Below are positions 42,401-55,925 of a stretch of 64,000 bases of DNA, in pieces; position 1 is the first letter of the stretch; each line of letters begins with the position of its first letter. This stretch comes from the human T2T-CHM13v2.0 reference genome, Homo sapiens. A program made the translations under genes and the position numbers. The notes under the pieces are model-generated. The model saw nothing but the letters and a program-made list of their open reading frames with translations, had not been told where the DNA came from and ran no database searches. The stretch lies in NCBI RefSeq assembly GCF_009914755.1, contig NC_060926.1. The stretch is one strand, 5' to 3'.

Positions 42401-45400
42401 GCTTTCAGGCCTATGGTGAAAAAGGAAATATCTTCCCCTGAAAACTAGACAGAAGCATTCTCAGAATCTTATTTGTGATGTGCGCCCTCAAATAACAGTG
42501 TTGAACTTTTCTTTTGATAGAGCAGTTTTGAAACACTCTTTTTGTAAAATCTGCAAGAGGATATTCGGATAGCTTTGAGGATTTCGTTGGAAACGGGATT
42601 GTCTTCATATAAAATCTAGACAGAAGCATTCTCAGAAGCTTCATTGGGATGTTTCAATTGAAGTCACAGTGTTGAACAGTCCCTTTCATAGAGCATGTTT
42701 GAAACAATCTTTTTGAAGTATCTGGAAGTGGACATTTGGAGCGTTCTCAGGACTACGGTGAAAAAGGAAATATCTACCAAATAAAGCTAGATAGAAGCAA
42801 TGTCAGAAAATTTTTCATGATGTATCTACTCAGCTAACAGAGTTGAACCTTTCCTTTGAGAGAGCAGTTTTGAAACACTCTTTGTGTGGAATCTGCAAGT
42901 GGATATTTGTCTAGGTTTGAGGATTGCGTATGAAACGGGATTACATATAAAAAGCAGACAGCAGCATTCTCAGAAACTTCTTGGTGATATTTGCATTCAA
43001 GTCACAGACTTGAACATTCCCTTTCATAGAGCAGGTTTGAAACACTCTTTTTGTAGTATCTGGATGTGGACATTTGGAGCGCTTTCAGGCCTATGGTGAA
43101 AAAGGAAATATCTTCCCCTGAAAGCTAGACAGAAGCATTCTCAGAAACTTATTTGTGATGTGCTCCCACAACTAACAGTGTTAAACCTTTCTATTGATAG
43201 AGTAGTTTTGAAACACTCTTTTTGTAAAATCTGCAAGAGGATATTTGGATACCTTTGAGGATTTCGTTGGAAACGGGATTGTCTTCATCTAAAATCTAGA
43301 CAGAAGCATTGTCAGAAGCTTCATTGGGATGTTTCAATTGAAGTCACAGTGTTGAACAGTCCCTTTCATAGAGCAGGTTTGAAACACTCTTTTTGTAGTA
43401 TCTGGAAGTGGACATTTGGAGCACTCTGAGGACTACGGTGAAAAGGGAAATATCTTCCAATAAAAGCTAGATAGAAGCAATGTCAGAAACTTTTTCATGA
43501 CGTATCTACTCAGCTAACAGAGTTGAACCTTTCTTTTGAGAGAGCAGTTTTGAAACACTCTTTTTGTGGAATGTGCAAGTGGATATTTGTCTAGCTTTGA
43601 GGATTTCGTTGGAAACGGGATTACATATAAAAGGCAGACAGCAGCATTCCCAAAAACTTCTTTGTGATGTTTGCATTCAAGTCCCATAGTTGAACATTCC
43701 CTTTCATAGAGCAGGTTTGAAACACTCTTTTTGTAGTATCTGGATGTGGACATTTGGAGCACTTTCAGGCCTATGGTGAAAAAGGAAATATCTTCCCCTG
43801 AAAACTAGACAGAAGCATTCTCAGAATCTTATTTGTGATGTGCGCCCTCAAATAACAGTGTTGAACTTTTCTTTTGATAGAGCAGTTTTGAAACACTCTT
43901 TTTGTAAAATCTGCAAGAGGATATTCGGATAGCTTTGAGGATTTCGTTGGAAACGGGATTGTCTTCATATAAAATCTAGACAGAAGCATTCTCAGAAGCT
44001 TCACTGGGATGTTTCAATTGAAGTCACAGTGTTGAACAGTCCCTTTCATAGAGCATGTTTGAAACGATCTTTTTGAAGTATCTGGAAGTGGACATTTGGA
44101 GCGTTCTCAGGACTACGGTGAAAAAGGAAATATCTACCAAATAAAGCTAGATAGAAGCAATGTCAGAGAATTTTTCATGATGTATCTACTCAGCTAACAG
44201 AGTTGAACCTTTCTTTTGAGAGAGCAGTTTTGAAACACTCTTTTTGTGGAATCTGCAAGTGGATATTTGTCTAGCTTTGAGGATTTCGTTGGAAACGGGA
44301 TTACATATAAAAAGCAGACAGCAGCATTCCCAGAAACTTCTTTGTGATGTTTGCATTCAAGTCACAGAGTAAAACATTCCGTTTCATAGAGCAGGTTTGA
44401 AACACTCTTTTTGTAGTATCTGGATGTGGACATTTGGAGCGCTTTCAGGCCTATGGTGAAAAAGGAAATATCTTCCCCTGAAAACTAGACAGAAGCATTC
44501 TCAGAAACTTATTTGTGATGCGCGCCCTCAACTAACAGTGTTGAAGCTTTCTTTTGATAGAGCAGTTTTGAAACACTCTTTTTGTAAAATCTGCAAGAGG
44601 ATATTTGGATAGCTTTGAGGATTTGGGTGGAAATGAGATTGTCTTCATATTAACTCTAGACAGTAGCATTCTCAGAAGCTTCATTGGGATGTTTCAATTG
44701 AAGTCACAGTGTTGAACATTCCCTTTCATAGAGCAGGTTTGAAACACACTTTTTGTAGTATCTGGAAGTGGACATTTGGAGCGCTCTCAGGACTACGGTG
44801 AAAAAAGAAATATCTTCCAATAAAAGCTAGATAGAAGCAATGTCAGAAACTTTTCATGAAGTATCTACTCAGCTAACAGGGTTGAACATTTTTTTTGAGA
44901 GAGCAGTTTTGAAATACGCTTTTTGTGGAATCTGCAGGTGGATATTTGTCTAGCTTTCAGGATTTCGTTGGAAACGGGATTACATATAAAAAGCAGACAG
45001 CAGCATTCCCAGAAAGTTCTTTGTGATATTTGCATTCAAGTCACAGAGTTGAACATTCCCTTTCATAGAGCAGGTTTGAAACACTCTTTTTGTAGTATCT
45101 GGATGTGGACATTTGGAGCGCTTTCAGGCCTATGGTGAAAAAGGAAATATCTTCCCCTGAAAAGTAGACAGAAGCATTCTCAGAAACTTATTTGTGATGT
45201 GCGCCCTCAACTAACAGTGTTAAACCTTTCTTTTGATGGAGTAGTTTAGAAACACTCTTTTTGTAAAATCTGCAAGAGGATATTTGGATAGCTTTGAGGA
45301 TTTTGTTGGAAACGGGATTGTCTTCATATAAACTCTTGACAGAAGCATTCTCAGAAGCTTCATTGGGATGTTTCAATTGAAGTCACAGTGTTGAACAGTC

Positions 45401-46280
45401 CCTTTCATAGAGCAGGTTTGAAACACTCTTTTTGTAGTATCTGGAAGTGGACATTTGGAGAGTTCTCAGGAATACGGTGAAAAAGGAAATATCTTCCAAT
45501 AAAAGCTAGATAGAAGCAATGTCAGAAAATTGTTCATGATGTATCTACTCAGCTAACAGAATTGAACCTTTCTTTTGAGAGAGCAGTTTTGAAACACTCT
45601 TTTTGTGGAATCTGCAAGTGGATATTTGTCTAGCTTTGAGGATTTCGTTGGAAACGGGATTATATATAAAAAGCAGACAGCAGCATTCCCAGAAACTTCT
45701 TTGTGATGTTTGCATTCAAGTCACAGAGTTGAACATTCCCTTTCATAGAGCAGGTTTGATACACTCTTTTTGTAGTATCTGGATGTGGACATTTGGAGCG
45801 CTTTCAGGCCTTTGGTGCAAAAGGAAATATCTTCCCCTGAAAACTAGACAGAAGCATTCTCAGAAACTTATTTGTGATGTGCGCCCTCAACTAACAGTGT
45901 TGAACATTTCTTTTGATAGAGCAGTTTTGAAACACTCTTTTTGTAAAATCTGCAAGAGGATATTTGGATAGCTTTGAGGATTTCGTTGGAAACGGGATTG
46001 TCTTCATATAAAATCTAGACAGAAGCATTCTCAGAAGCTTCATTGGGATGTTTCAATTGAAGTCACAGTGTTGAACAGTCCCTTTCATAGAGCAGGTTTG
46101 AGACAACCTTTTTGAAGTATCTGGAAGTGGACATTTGGAGCGTTCTCAGGACTACGGTGAAAAAGGAATTATCTACCAAATAAAGCTATATAGAAGCAAT
46201 GTCAGAGAATTTTTCATGATGTATCTACTTAGCTAACAGAGTTGAACCTTTCTTTTGAGAGAGCAGTTTTGAAACACTCT
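39480..46280 (+). repeat. Older, mosaic tandem duplication of a 5-HOR block (offset 3399)
   Basis: Private markers pair at +3399: gcgtatgaa/cttggtga/gctcccac (39485/42884), aatgtgc/aaaggcag/ccaaaaac (40165/43564), cttttcatgaag/aatacgc/gatggag (41451/44850), gaagta/tctacc (42716/46115). Some intervening segments do not match. Confidence 0.8.
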
Positions 46281-49200
46281 TTTTGTGGAATCTGCAAGTG
46301 GATATTTGTCTAGCTTTGAGGATTTCGTTGGAAACGGGATTACATATAAAAAGCAGACAGCAGCATTCCCAGAAACTTCTTTGTGATGTTTGCATTCAAG
46401 TCACAGAGTTGAACATTCCCTTTCATAGAGCAGGTTTGAAACACTCTTTTTGTAGTATCTGTATGTGGACATTTGGAGCGCTTTCAGTCCTATGTTGAAA
46501 AAGGAAATATCTTCCCCTGAAAACTAGACAGAAGCATTCTCAGAAACTTATTTGTGATGTGCGCCCTCAACTAACAGTGTTAAACCTTTCTTTTGATGGA
46601 GTAGTTTTGAAACACTCTTTTTGTAAAATCTGCAAGAGGATATTTGGATAGCTTTGAGGATTTTGTTGGAAACGGGATTGTCTTCATATAAACTCTAGAC
46701 AGAAGCATTCTCAGAAGCTTCATTGGGATGTTTCAATTGAAGTCACAGTGTTGAACAGTCCCTTTCATAGAGCAGGTTTGAAACACTCTTTTTGTAGTAT
46801 CTGGAAGTGGACATTTGGAGAGTTCTCAGGACTACGGAGCAAAAGGAAATATCTTCCAATAAAAGCTAGATAGAAGCAATGTCAGAAAATTGTTCATGAT
46901 GTATCTACTCAGCTAACAGAGTTGAACCTTTCTTTTGAGAGAGTAGTTTTGAAACACTCTTTTTGTGGAATCTGCAAGTGGATATTTGTCTAGCTTTGAG
47001 GATTTCGTTGGAAACTGGATTACATATAAAAAGCAGACAGCAGCATTCCGAGAAATTTCTTTGTGATGTTTGCATTCAAGTCACAGAGTTGAACATTCCC
47101 TTTCTTAGAGCAGGTTTGAAACACTCTTTTTGTAGTATCTGGATGTGGACATTTGGAGCGATTTCAAGCCTATGGTGAAAAAGGAAATATCTTCCCCTGA
47201 AAACTAGACAGAAGCATTCTCAGAAACTTATTTGTGATGTGCGCCCTCAACTAACAGTGTTGAACCTTTCTTTTGATAGAGCAGTTTTGAAACACTCTTT
47301 TTGTAAAATCTGCAAGAGGATATTTGGATAGCTTTGAGGATTTCGTTGGAAACGGGATTGTCTTCATATAGAATCTAGACAGAAGCATTCTCAGAAGCTT
47401 CATTGGGATGTTTCAATTGAAGTCACAGTGTTGAACAGTCCCTTTCATAGAGCAGGTTTGAAACACTCTTTTTGTAGTATCTGGAAGTGGACATTTGGAG
47501 CACTCTCAGGACTACCGTGAAAAAGGAAATATCTTCCAATGAAAGCTAGATAGAAGCAATGTCAGAAACTTTTTCATGATCTATCTACTCAGCTAACAGG
47601 GTTGAACCTTTCTTTAGAGAGAGCAGTTTTGAACCACTCTTTTGGTGGAATCTGCAAGTGGATATTTGTCTAGCTTTGAGGATTTCGTTGGAAACGGGAT
47701 TACATATAAAAAGCAGACAGCAGCATTCCCAGAAATTTCTTTGTGATGTTTGCATTCAAGTCACAGAGTTGAACATTCCCTTTCATAGAGCAGGTTTGAA
47801 ACACTCTTTTTGTAGTATCTGGATGTGGACATTTGGAGCGCTTTCAGGCCTATGGTGAAAAAGGAAATATCTTCCCCTGAAAACTAGACAGAAGCATTCT
47901 CAGAATCTTATTTGTGATGTGCGCCCTCAACTAACAGTGTTGAACCTTTCTTTTGATAGAGCAGTTTTGAAACACTCTTTTCGTAAAATCTGCAAGAGGA
48001 TATTTGGATAGCTTTGAGGATTTCGGTGGAAACGGGATTGTCTTCATATAAACTCTAGACAGAAGCATTCTCAGAAGCTTCATTGGGATGTTTCAATTGA
48101 AGTCACAGTGTTGAACAGTCCCTTTCATAGAGCAGGTTTGAAACACTCTTTTTGTAGTATCTGGAAGTGGACATTTGGTGCGCTCTCAGGACTACGGTGA
48201 AAAAGGAAATATCTTCCAATAAAAGCTAGATAGAAGCAATGTCACAAACTTTTTCATGATCTATCTACTCAGCTAACAGAGTTGAACCTTTCTTTTGAGA
48301 CAGCATTTTTGAAACACTCTTTTGGTGGAATCTGCAAGTGGATATTTGTCGAGCTTTGAGGATTGCGTTGGAAACGGGATTACATATAAAAAGCAGACAG
48401 CAGGATTCCCAGAAATTTCTTTGTGATGTTTGCATTCAAGTCACAGAATTGAACATTCCCTTTCATAGAGCAGGTTTGAAACACTCTTTTTGTAGTATCT
48501 GGATGTGGACATTTGGAGCGCTTTCAGGCCTATGGTGAAAAAGGAAGTATCTTCCCCTGAAAACTAGACAGAAGCATTCTCAGAAACTTATTTGTGATGT
48601 GCGCCCTCAACTAACAGTGTTGAAGCTTTCTTTTGATAGAGCAGTTTTGAGACACTCTTTTTGTAAAATCTGCAAGAGGATATTTGGATAGCTTTGAGGA
48701 TTTCGTTGGAAACGGGATTGTCTTCATATAAACTCTAGACAGAAGCATTCTCAGAAGCTTCATTGGGATGTTTCAATTGAAGTCAGAGTGTTGAACAGTC
48801 CCTTTCATAGAGCAGGTTTGAAACACTCTTTTTGTAGTATCTGGAAGTGGACATTTGGAGAGTCCTCAGGAATACGGTGAAAAAGGAAATATCTTCCAAT
48901 AAAAGCTAGATAGAAGCAATGTCAGAAAATTGTTCATGATGTATCTACTCAGCTAACAGAGTTGAACCTTTCTTTTGAGAGAGCAGTTTTGAAACACTCT
49001 TTTTGTGGAATCTGCAAGTGGATATTTGTCTAGCTTTGAGGATTGCGTTGGAAACGGGATTACATATAAAAAGCAGACAGCAGCATTCCCAGAAACTTCT
49101 TTGTGATATTTGCATTCAACTTCCACAGTTGAACATTCCCTTTCATAGAGCAGGTTTGAAACACTCTTTTTCTAGTATCTGGATGTGGACATTTGGAGCG

Positions 49201-49682
49201 CTTTCAGGCCTATGGTGAAAAAGGAAATATCTTCCACTGAAAACTAGACAGAAGTAGTCTCAGAAACTTATTTGTGATGTGCGCCCTCAACTAACAGTGT
49301 TGAAGCTTTCTTTTGATAGAGCAGTTTTGAAACATTCTTTTTGTAAACTCTGCAAGAGGATATTTGGATAGCTTTGAGGATTTCGTTGGAAACGGGATTG
49401 TCTTCATATTAAACCTAGACAGTAGCATTCTCAGAAGCTTCATTGGGATGTTTCAATTGAAGTCACAGTGTTGAACAGTCCCTTTCATAGAGCAGGTTTG
49501 AAACACTCTTTTTGTAGCATCTGGAAGTGGACATTTGGAGCGTTCTCAGGACTACGGTGAAAAAGGAAATATCTTCCAATAAAAGCTAGATAGAAGCAAT
49601 GTCAGAAACTTTTTCATGATGTATCTACTCAGCTAAAAGAGTTGAACCTTTCTTTTGAGAGAGCAGTTTTGAAACACTCTTT

Positions 49683-50020
49683 TTGTGGAATTTGCAAGTG
49701 GATACTTGTCTAGCTTTGAGGATTGCGTTGGAAACGGGATTACATATAAAAAGCAGAGAGCAGCATTCCCAGAAAGTTCTTTGTGAAATTTGCATTCAAG
49801 TCACAGACTTGAACATTCCCTTTCATAGAGCAGGTTTGAAACACTCTTTTTGTAGTATCTGGAAGTGGACATTTGGAGCGTTCTCAGGACTACGGTGAAA
49901 AAGGAAATATCTTCCAATAAAAGCTAGATAGAAACAACGTCAGAAAATTTTTCATGATGTATCTACTCAGCTAACAGAGTTGAACATTTCTTTTGAGAGA
50001 GCAGTTTTGAAACACTCTTT
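49683..50020 (+). repeat. Second truncated 2-mer HOR variant (338 bp) with a hybrid A-box monomer
   Basis: HOR step is 338 bp. aacattccc (49816) is followed by ctggaagtgg...ggactacgg...ccaataaaagctagatag (from 49864). Confidence 0.92.
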
Positions 50021-50249
50021 TTCTGGAATCTGCAGGTGGATATTTGTCTAGCTTTCAGGATTTCGTTGGAAACGGGATTACATATACAAAGCAGACAGCA
50101 GCATTCCCAGAAACTTCTTTGTGATGTTTGCATTCAAGTCACAGAGTTGAACATGCCCTTTCATAGAGCAGGTTTGAAACACTCTTTTTGTAGTATCTGG
50201 ATGTGGACATTTGGAGCGCTTTCAGGCCTATGGTGAAAAAGGAAATATC

Positions 50250-53200
50250 TTCCCCTGAAAACTAGACAGAAGCATTCTCAGAAACTTATTTGTGATGTGC
50301 GCCCTCAACTAACAGTGTTAAACCTTTCTTTTGATAGAGTAGTTTTGAAACACTCTTTTTGTAAAATCTGCAAGAGGATATTTGGATAGCTTTGAGGATT
50401 TCGTTGGAAAAGGGATTGTCTTCATATAATCTCTAGACAGTAGCATTCTCAGAAGCTTCATTGGGATGATTCAACTGAAGTCACAGTGTTGAACAGTCCC
50501 TTTCATAGAGCAGGTTTGAAACACTCTTTTTGTAGTATCTGGAAGTGGACATTTGGAGCGCTCTCAGGACTACGGTGAAAAAGGAAATATGTTCCAATAA
50601 AAGCTAGATAGAAGCAATGTCAGAAACTTTTTCATGATGTATCTACTCAGCTAACAGAGTTGAACCTTTCTTTTGAGAGAGCAGTTTCGAAACACTCTTT
50701 TTGTGGAATCTGCAAGTGGATATTTGTCTAGCTTTGAGGATTTCGTTGGAAACGGGATTACATATAAAAAGCAGACAGCAGCATTCCCAGAAACTTCTTT
50801 GTGATGTTTGCATTCAAGTCACAGAGTTGAACATTCCCTTTCATAGAGCAGGTTTGAAACACTCTTTTTGTAGTATCTGGATTTGGACATTTGGAGCGCT
50901 TTCAGGCCTATGGTGAAAAAGGAAATATCTTCCACTGAAAACTAGACAGAAGCATTCTCAGAAACTTATTTGTGATGTGCGCCCTCAACTAACAGTGTTG
51001 AACCTTTCTTTTGATAGAGCAGTTTTGAAACACTCTTTTTGTAATATCTGCAAGAGGATATTTGGATAGCTTTGAGGATTTCGTTGGAAACGGGATTGTC
51101 TTCATATAGAATCTAGACAGAAGCATTCTCAGAAGCTTCATTGGGATGTTTCAATTGAAGTCACAGTGTTGAACAGTCCCTTTGATAGAGCAGGTTTGAA
51201 ACCCTCTTTTTGTAGTATCTGGAAGTGGACATTTGGAGCGTTCTCAGGACTACAGTGAAAAAGGAAATATCTTCCAATAAAAGCTAGATAGAAGCAATGT
51301 CAGAAAGTTTTTCATGATGTATCTACTCAGCTAACAGAGTTGAACCTTTCTTTTGAGAGAGCAGTTTTGAAACACTCTTTTTGTGGAATCTGCAAGTGGA
51401 TATTTGTCTAGCTTTGAGGATTGCGTTGGAAACGGGATTACATATAAAAAGCAGACAGCAGCATTCCCAGAAACTTCTTTGTGATATTTGCATTCAAGTC
51501 ACAGACTTGAACATTCCCTTTCATAGAGCAGGTATGAAACACTCTTTTTGTAGTATCTGGATGTGGACATTTGGAGCGCTTTCAGGCCTATGGTGAAAAA
51601 GGAAATATCTTCCACTGAAAACTAGACAGAAGCATTCTCAGAATCTTATTTGTGATGTGCGCCCTCAACTAACAGTGTTGAACCTTTCTTTTGATAGAGC
51701 AGTTTTGAAACACTCTTTTTGTAAAATCTGCAAGAGGATATTTGGATAGCTTTGAGGATTTCGTTGGAAACGGGATTGTCTTCATATAAACTCTAGACAG
51801 TAGCATTCTCAGAAGCTTCATTGGGATGATTCTACTGAAGTCACAGTGTTGAACAGTCCCTTTCATAGAGCAGGTTTGAAACACTCTTTTTGTAGTATCT
51901 GGAAGTGGACATTTGGAGCGCTCTCAGGACTACGGTGAGAAAGGAAATATGTTCCAATAAAAGCTAGATAGAAGCAATGTCAGAAAATTTTTCATGATAT
52001 ATCTACTCAGCTAACAGAGTTGAACCTTTCTTTTGAGAGAGCAGTTTTGAAACACTCTTTTTGTGGAATCTGCAAGTGGATATTTGGCTAGTTTGAGGAT
52101 TTCGTTGGAAACGGGATTACATATAGAAAGCAGACAGCAGCATTCCCAGAAACTTCTTTGTGATGTTTGCATTCAAGTCACAGAGTTGAACATTCCCTTT
52201 CATAGAGCAGGTTTGAAACACTCTTTTTGTAGTATCTGGATTTGGACATTTGGAGCGCTTTCAGGCCTATGCTGAAAAAGGAAATATCTTCCACTGAAAA
52301 CTAGACAGAAGTATTCTCAGAAACTTATTTGTGATGTGCGCCCTCAACTAACAGTGTTGAAGCTTTCTTTTGATAGAGCAGTTTTGCAACATTCTTTTTG
52401 TAAAATCTGCAAGAGGATATTTGGATAGCTTTGAGGATTTCGTTGGAAACGGGATTGTCTTCATATTAACCCTAGGCAGCACCATTCTCAGAAGCTTCAT
52501 TGGGATGTTTCAATTGAAGTCACAGTGTTGAACAGTCCCTTTCATAGAGCAGGTTTGAAACACTCTTTTTGTAGCATCTGGAAGTGGACATTTGGAGCGT
52601 TCTCAGGACTACGGTGAAAAAGGAAATATCTTCCAATAAAAGCTAGATAGAAGCAATATCAGAAACTTTTTCATGATGTATCTACTCAGCTAAAAGAGTT
52701 GAACTATTCTTTTGAGAGAGCAGTTTTGAAACACTCTTTTTGTGGAATCTGCAAGTGGATATTTGTCTAGCTTTGAGGATTTCGTTGGAAACGGGATTAC
52801 ATATAAAAAGCAGACAGCAGCATTCCCAGAAAGGTCTTTGTGAAATTTGCATTGAAGTCACAGAGTTGAACATTCCCTTTCATAGAGCAGGTTTGAAACA
52901 CTCTTTTTGTAGTATCTGGATGTGGAGATTTGGAGCGCTTTCAAGCCTATGGTGAAAAAGGAAATATCTTCCCCTGAAAACTAGACAGAAGCATTCTCAG
53001 AAACTTATTTGTGATGTGCGCCCTCAACTAACAGTGTTGAACCTTTCTTTTGATAGAGTAGTTTTGAAACACTCTTTTTGTAAAATCTGCAAGAGGATAT
53101 TTGGATAGCTTTGAGGATTTCGTTGGAAACGGGATTGTCTTCATATAGAATCTAGACAGAAGCATTCTCAGAAGCTTCATTGGGATGTTTCAATTGAAGT

Positions 53201-55925
53201 CACAGTGTTGAACAGTCCCTTTGATAGAGCAGGTTTGAAGAACTTTTTTTGAAGTATCTGGAAGTGGACATTTGGAGCGTTCTCAGGACTACAGTGAAAA
53301 AGGAAATATCTTCCAATAAAAGCTAGGTAGAAGCAATGTCAGAAAGTTTTTCATGATGTATCTACTCAGCTAACAGAGTTGAACCTTTCTTTTGAGAGAG
53401 CAGTTTTGAGACACTCTTTTTGTGGAATCTGCAAGTGGATATTTGTCTAGCTTTGAGGATTGCGTTGGAAACGGGATTACATTTAAAAAGCAGACAGCAG
53501 CATTCCCAGAAACTTCTTTGTGATATTTGCATTGAAGTCACAGAGTTGAACATTCCCTTTCATAGAGCAGATTTGAAACACTCTTTTTGTAGTATCAGGA
53601 TGTGGACATTTGGAGCGCTTTCAGGCCTATGGTGAAAAAGGAAATATCTTCCCCTGAAAACTAGACAGAAGCATTCTGAGAAACTTATTTGCGATGTGCG
53701 CCCTCAACTAACAGTGTTAAACCTTTCTTTTGATAGAGCAGTTTTGAAACACTCTTTTTGTAAAATCTGCAAGAGGATATTTGGATAGCTTTGAGGATTT
53801 CGTTGGAAACGGGATTGTCTTCATATAAACTCTAGACAGTAGCATTCTCAGAAGCTACATTGGGATGTTTCAACTGAAGTCACAGTGTTGAACAGTCCCT
53901 TTCATAGAGCAGGTTTGAAACACTCTTTTTGTAGTATCTGGAAGTGGACATTTGGAGCGCTCTCAGGACTACGGTGAAAAAGGAAATATCTTCCAATAAA
54001 AGCTAGATAGAAGCAATGTCAGAAACTTTTTCATGATGTATCTACTCAGCTAACAGAGTTGAACCTTTCTTTTGAGAGAGCAGTTTTTGAACACTCTTTT
54101 TGTGGAATCTGCAAGTGGATATTTGTCTAGCTTTGAGGATTTCGTTGGAAACGGGATTACATATAAAAAGCAGACAGCAGCATTCCCAGAAACTTCTTTG
54201 TGATGTTTGCATTCAAGTCACAGAGTTGAACATTCCCTTTCATAGAGCAGGTTTGAAACACTCTTTTTGTAGTATCTGGATTTGGACATTTGGAGCGCTT
54301 TCAGGCCTATGGTGAAAAAGGAAATATCTTCCACTGAAAACTAGACAGAAGCATTCTCAGAAACTTATTTGTGATGTGCGCCCTCAACTAACAATGTTGA
54401 ACCTTTCTTTTGATAGAGCAGTTTTGAAATTCTCTTTTTGTAAAATCTGCAAGAGGATATTTGGATAGCTTTGAGGATTTCGTTGGAAACGGGATTGTCT
54501 TCATATAGAATCTAGACAGAAGCATTCTCAGAAGCTTCATTGGGATGTTTCAATTGAAGTCACAGTGTTGAACAGTCCCTTTGATAGAGCAGGTTTGAAA
54601 CACTCTTTTTGTAGTATCTGGAAGTGGACATTTGGAGCGTTCTCAGGACTACAGTGAAAAAGGAAATATCTTCCAATAAAAGCTAGATAGAAGCAATGTC
54701 AGAAAGTTTTTCATGATGTATCTACTCAGCTAACACAGTTGAACCTTTCTTTTGAGAGAGCAGTTTTGAAACACTCTTTTTGTGGAATCTGCAAGTGGAT
54801 ATTTGTCTAGCTTTGAGGATTGCGTTGGAAACGGGATTACATATAAAAAGAAGACAGCAGCATTCCCAGAAACTTCTTTGTGATATTTGCATTCAAGTCA
54901 CAGACTTGAACATTCCCTTTCATAGAGCAGGTATGAAACACTCTTTTTGTAGTATCTGGATGTGGACATTTGGAGCGCTTTCAGGCCTATGGTGAAAAAG
55001 GAAATATCTTCCACTGAAAACTAGACAGAAGCATTCTCAGAATCTTATTTGTGATGTACGCCCTCAACTAACAGTGTTGAACCTTCCTTTTGATAGAGCA
55101 GTTTTGATACACTCTTTTTGTAAAATCTGCAAGAGGATATTTGGATAGCTTTGAGGATTTCGTTGGAAACGGGATTGTCTTCATATAAACTCTAGACAGT
55201 AGCATTCTCAGAAGCTTCATTGGGATGATTCTACTGAAGTCACAGTGTTGAACAGTCCCTTTCAGAGAGCAGGTTTGAAACACTCTTTTTGTAGTATCTG
55301 GAAGTGGACATTTGGAGCGCTCTCCGGACTACGGTGAGAAAGGAAATATGTTCCAATAAAAGCTAGATAGAAGCAATGTCAGAAAATTTTTCATGATGTA
55401 TCTACTCAGCTAACAGAGTTGAACCTTTCTTTTGAGAGAGCAGTTTTGAAACACTCTTTTTGTGGAATCTGCAAGTGGATATTTGTCTAGTTTGAGGATT
55501 TCGTTGGAAACGGGATTACATATAGAAAGCAGACAGCAGCATTCCCAGAAACTTCTTTGTGATGTTTGCATTCAAGTCACAGAGTTGAACATTCCCTTTC
55601 ATAGAGCAGGTTTGAAACACTCTTTTTGTAGTATCTGGATTTGGACATTTGGAGCGCTTTCAGGCCTATGGTGAAAAAGGAAATATCTTCCACTGAAAAC
55701 TAGACAGAAGTATTCTCAGAAACTTATTTGTGATGTGCGCCCTCAACTAACAGTGTTGAAGCTTTCTTTTGATAGAGCAGTTTTGCAACATTCTTTTTGT
55801 AAAATCTGCAAGAGGATATTTGGATAGCTTTGAGGATTTCGTTGGAAACGGGATTGTCTTCATATTAACCCTAGGCAGTACCATTCTCAGAAGCTTCATT
55901 GGGATGTTTCAATTGAAGTCACAGT
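50250..55925 (+). repeat. Duplication at offset 3399 (~50250-52525 copied to ~53650-55925)
   Basis: Shared markers: caactgaag, ctggatttgg, tttgatagagcagg, gaaagtttt, ggtatgaaac, gatgattctactg, gtgagaaagg, the 1-bp deletion ctagtttgagg, atatagaaag, ttttgcaac and cctaggcag. Confidence 0.85.

Noticed and set aside
36766-45971. Longer ORFs of 135 aa (36766-37173) and 122 aa (45603-45971), plus scattered minus-strand ORFs
   Set aside because: Single substitutions removed a stop codon (TGA to TGG or TGC) in satellite DNA. There is no evidence of coding function.
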